DNA of 64,000 nucleotides, taken from assembly GCA_020184695.1 (NCBI GenBank), contig JAANOX010000068.1:62001-126000 (forward strand), written 5' to 3'. Source of the DNA: Histomonas meleagridis 2922-C6/04-290x (lineage: Eukaryota > Protista > Parabasalia). The number at the start of each line of letters is the position of its first letter. Positions within the stretch are counted from its first letter, which is position 1. Of this stretch, positions 63,263 to 64,000 are shown one piece after another. Made by a program: the position numbers and the translations under genes. The notes beneath the pieces were generated by a model, which saw only the letters and a program-made list of their open reading frames with translations, made no database searches and had not been told where the DNA came from.

Positions 63263-64000
63263 TTATTGTTCAAATAATTTAACTATTTCTGTATTATCTC
63301 TTTCTTTTGCTAACATTAGTGCTGTTTTATGAATTTTAAGAAATTTCCTTATAAAATTTTGAAAAATCAATAAAATAAAAGAAATTTTATATAAAATTAA
63401 TAAAAATCTTTGGCATTAATGTCAATTCCTTTTTGTTCAAGAAGTAATTGAACTATTTCTGGAAAACCATTCCCAGCTGCTATAATAAGTGGTGTTGCTT
63501 ATAATTTAAATATATATCGAATATTATGTAAAAATATTAAATCATAAAAATAAATTATAAATAAAATAAATAAAAATCTTTGGCATTAATATCAATTCCT
63601 TTTTGCTGAAGGAGTAATTTAACTATTTCTGTCTTACCAATACATGAAGCATTTGTTAATGCATTCCAAAATATTATAAATAATTTCCAAATATTATTTT
63701 GAATTTTGCAATTAATATGAGAAAAATCGTATGGAATAAATGTATATCTACAACATTGATATCAATTCCTTTTTGTTCAAGAAGCAATTTAACTATTTCT
63801 ATATCACTTTCAATTGCAAGAATAAGTGCTGTTTGAAAAAAATTGAATGATTTCCGAATATTATTTTGAAAAATAATATTATTAAAATAAATATTAAATA
63901 GATTTAATATATATCTTCAGCATTAATATTAACTTTTTCATGTCTAAGAAGTAATTTAACGATTTCTGTTTTACCTTTTGAAGATGCGATCATTAGAGCT
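63263..64000 (-). CDS. Ankyrin-repeat protein, gene C, 3' end only; each core separated by an 80-nt intervening sequence
   Basis: Cores ALMIASSKGKTEIVKLLLRHEKVNINAED, TALILAIESDIEIVKLLLEQKGIDINVVD, NALTNASCIGKTEIVKLLLQQKGIDINAKD, TPLIIAAGNGFPEIVQLLLEQKGIDINAKD and TALMLAKERDNTEIVKLFEQ* (TAA 63263-63265). Confidence 0.75.
63326..63912 (-). repeat. Ankyrin core / 80-nt spacer array, gene C
   Basis: Spacers 63833-63912, 63666-63745, 63496-63575 and 63326-63405 are all exactly 80 nt despite divergent sequence. Confidence 0.92.

Noticed and set aside
1-64000. tRNA, rRNA and canonical trichomonad introns
   Set aside because: By eye I found no cloverleaf, rRNA-like block or ACTAACACACAG branch/acceptor motif; tRNAscan-SE and Infernal were not run.

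Overview
Strongly AT-rich, gene-dense eukaryotic window with the hallmarks of a parabasalid (Trichomonas/Tritrichomonas-like) genome: BspA LRR surface proteins, DUF3447-type ankyrin proteins, a Pmp-like protein, and Inr (TCAYT) and M3-type (RCGGTT) core-promoter motifs. The genetic code is standard and I saw no canonical spliceosomal intron, rRNA, tRNA or CRISPR. The organism call is inference. About 30 protein genes are present, including a BEACH protein, eL6, TAF6, ThrRS, cofilin, a Rad6-like E2, a Sec7-PH ARF-GEF, a Patched/Dispatched-type RND protein, an Akt-like kinase, a PMCA pump, a Ras-family GTPase and a TM2 protein. There is also a decayed pogo-type DD35D transposon with intact 49-bp TIRs. 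The standout observation concerns three dispersed ankyrin genes (25238-29299 -, 51540-53668 +, 63263->64000 -). In each, the tandem ankyrin cores are separated at the same position (between ...NAKD and TAL...) by an AT-rich, frame-breaking intervening sequence, exactly 80 nt in 17 of 25 hand-counted cases and 83 nt in 4. These sequences lack usable GT-AG ends, carry a position-locked AATAATATTT[G/A]GAAAT motif, and several contain stop codons. All 26 flanking ankyrin cores are stop-free with lengths divisible by 3. This looks like an undescribed non-canonical intron, translational-bypass or excision system. All coordinates were counted by hand. The window also has probable long-read indel errors (large BspA gene, TVP23 tail).
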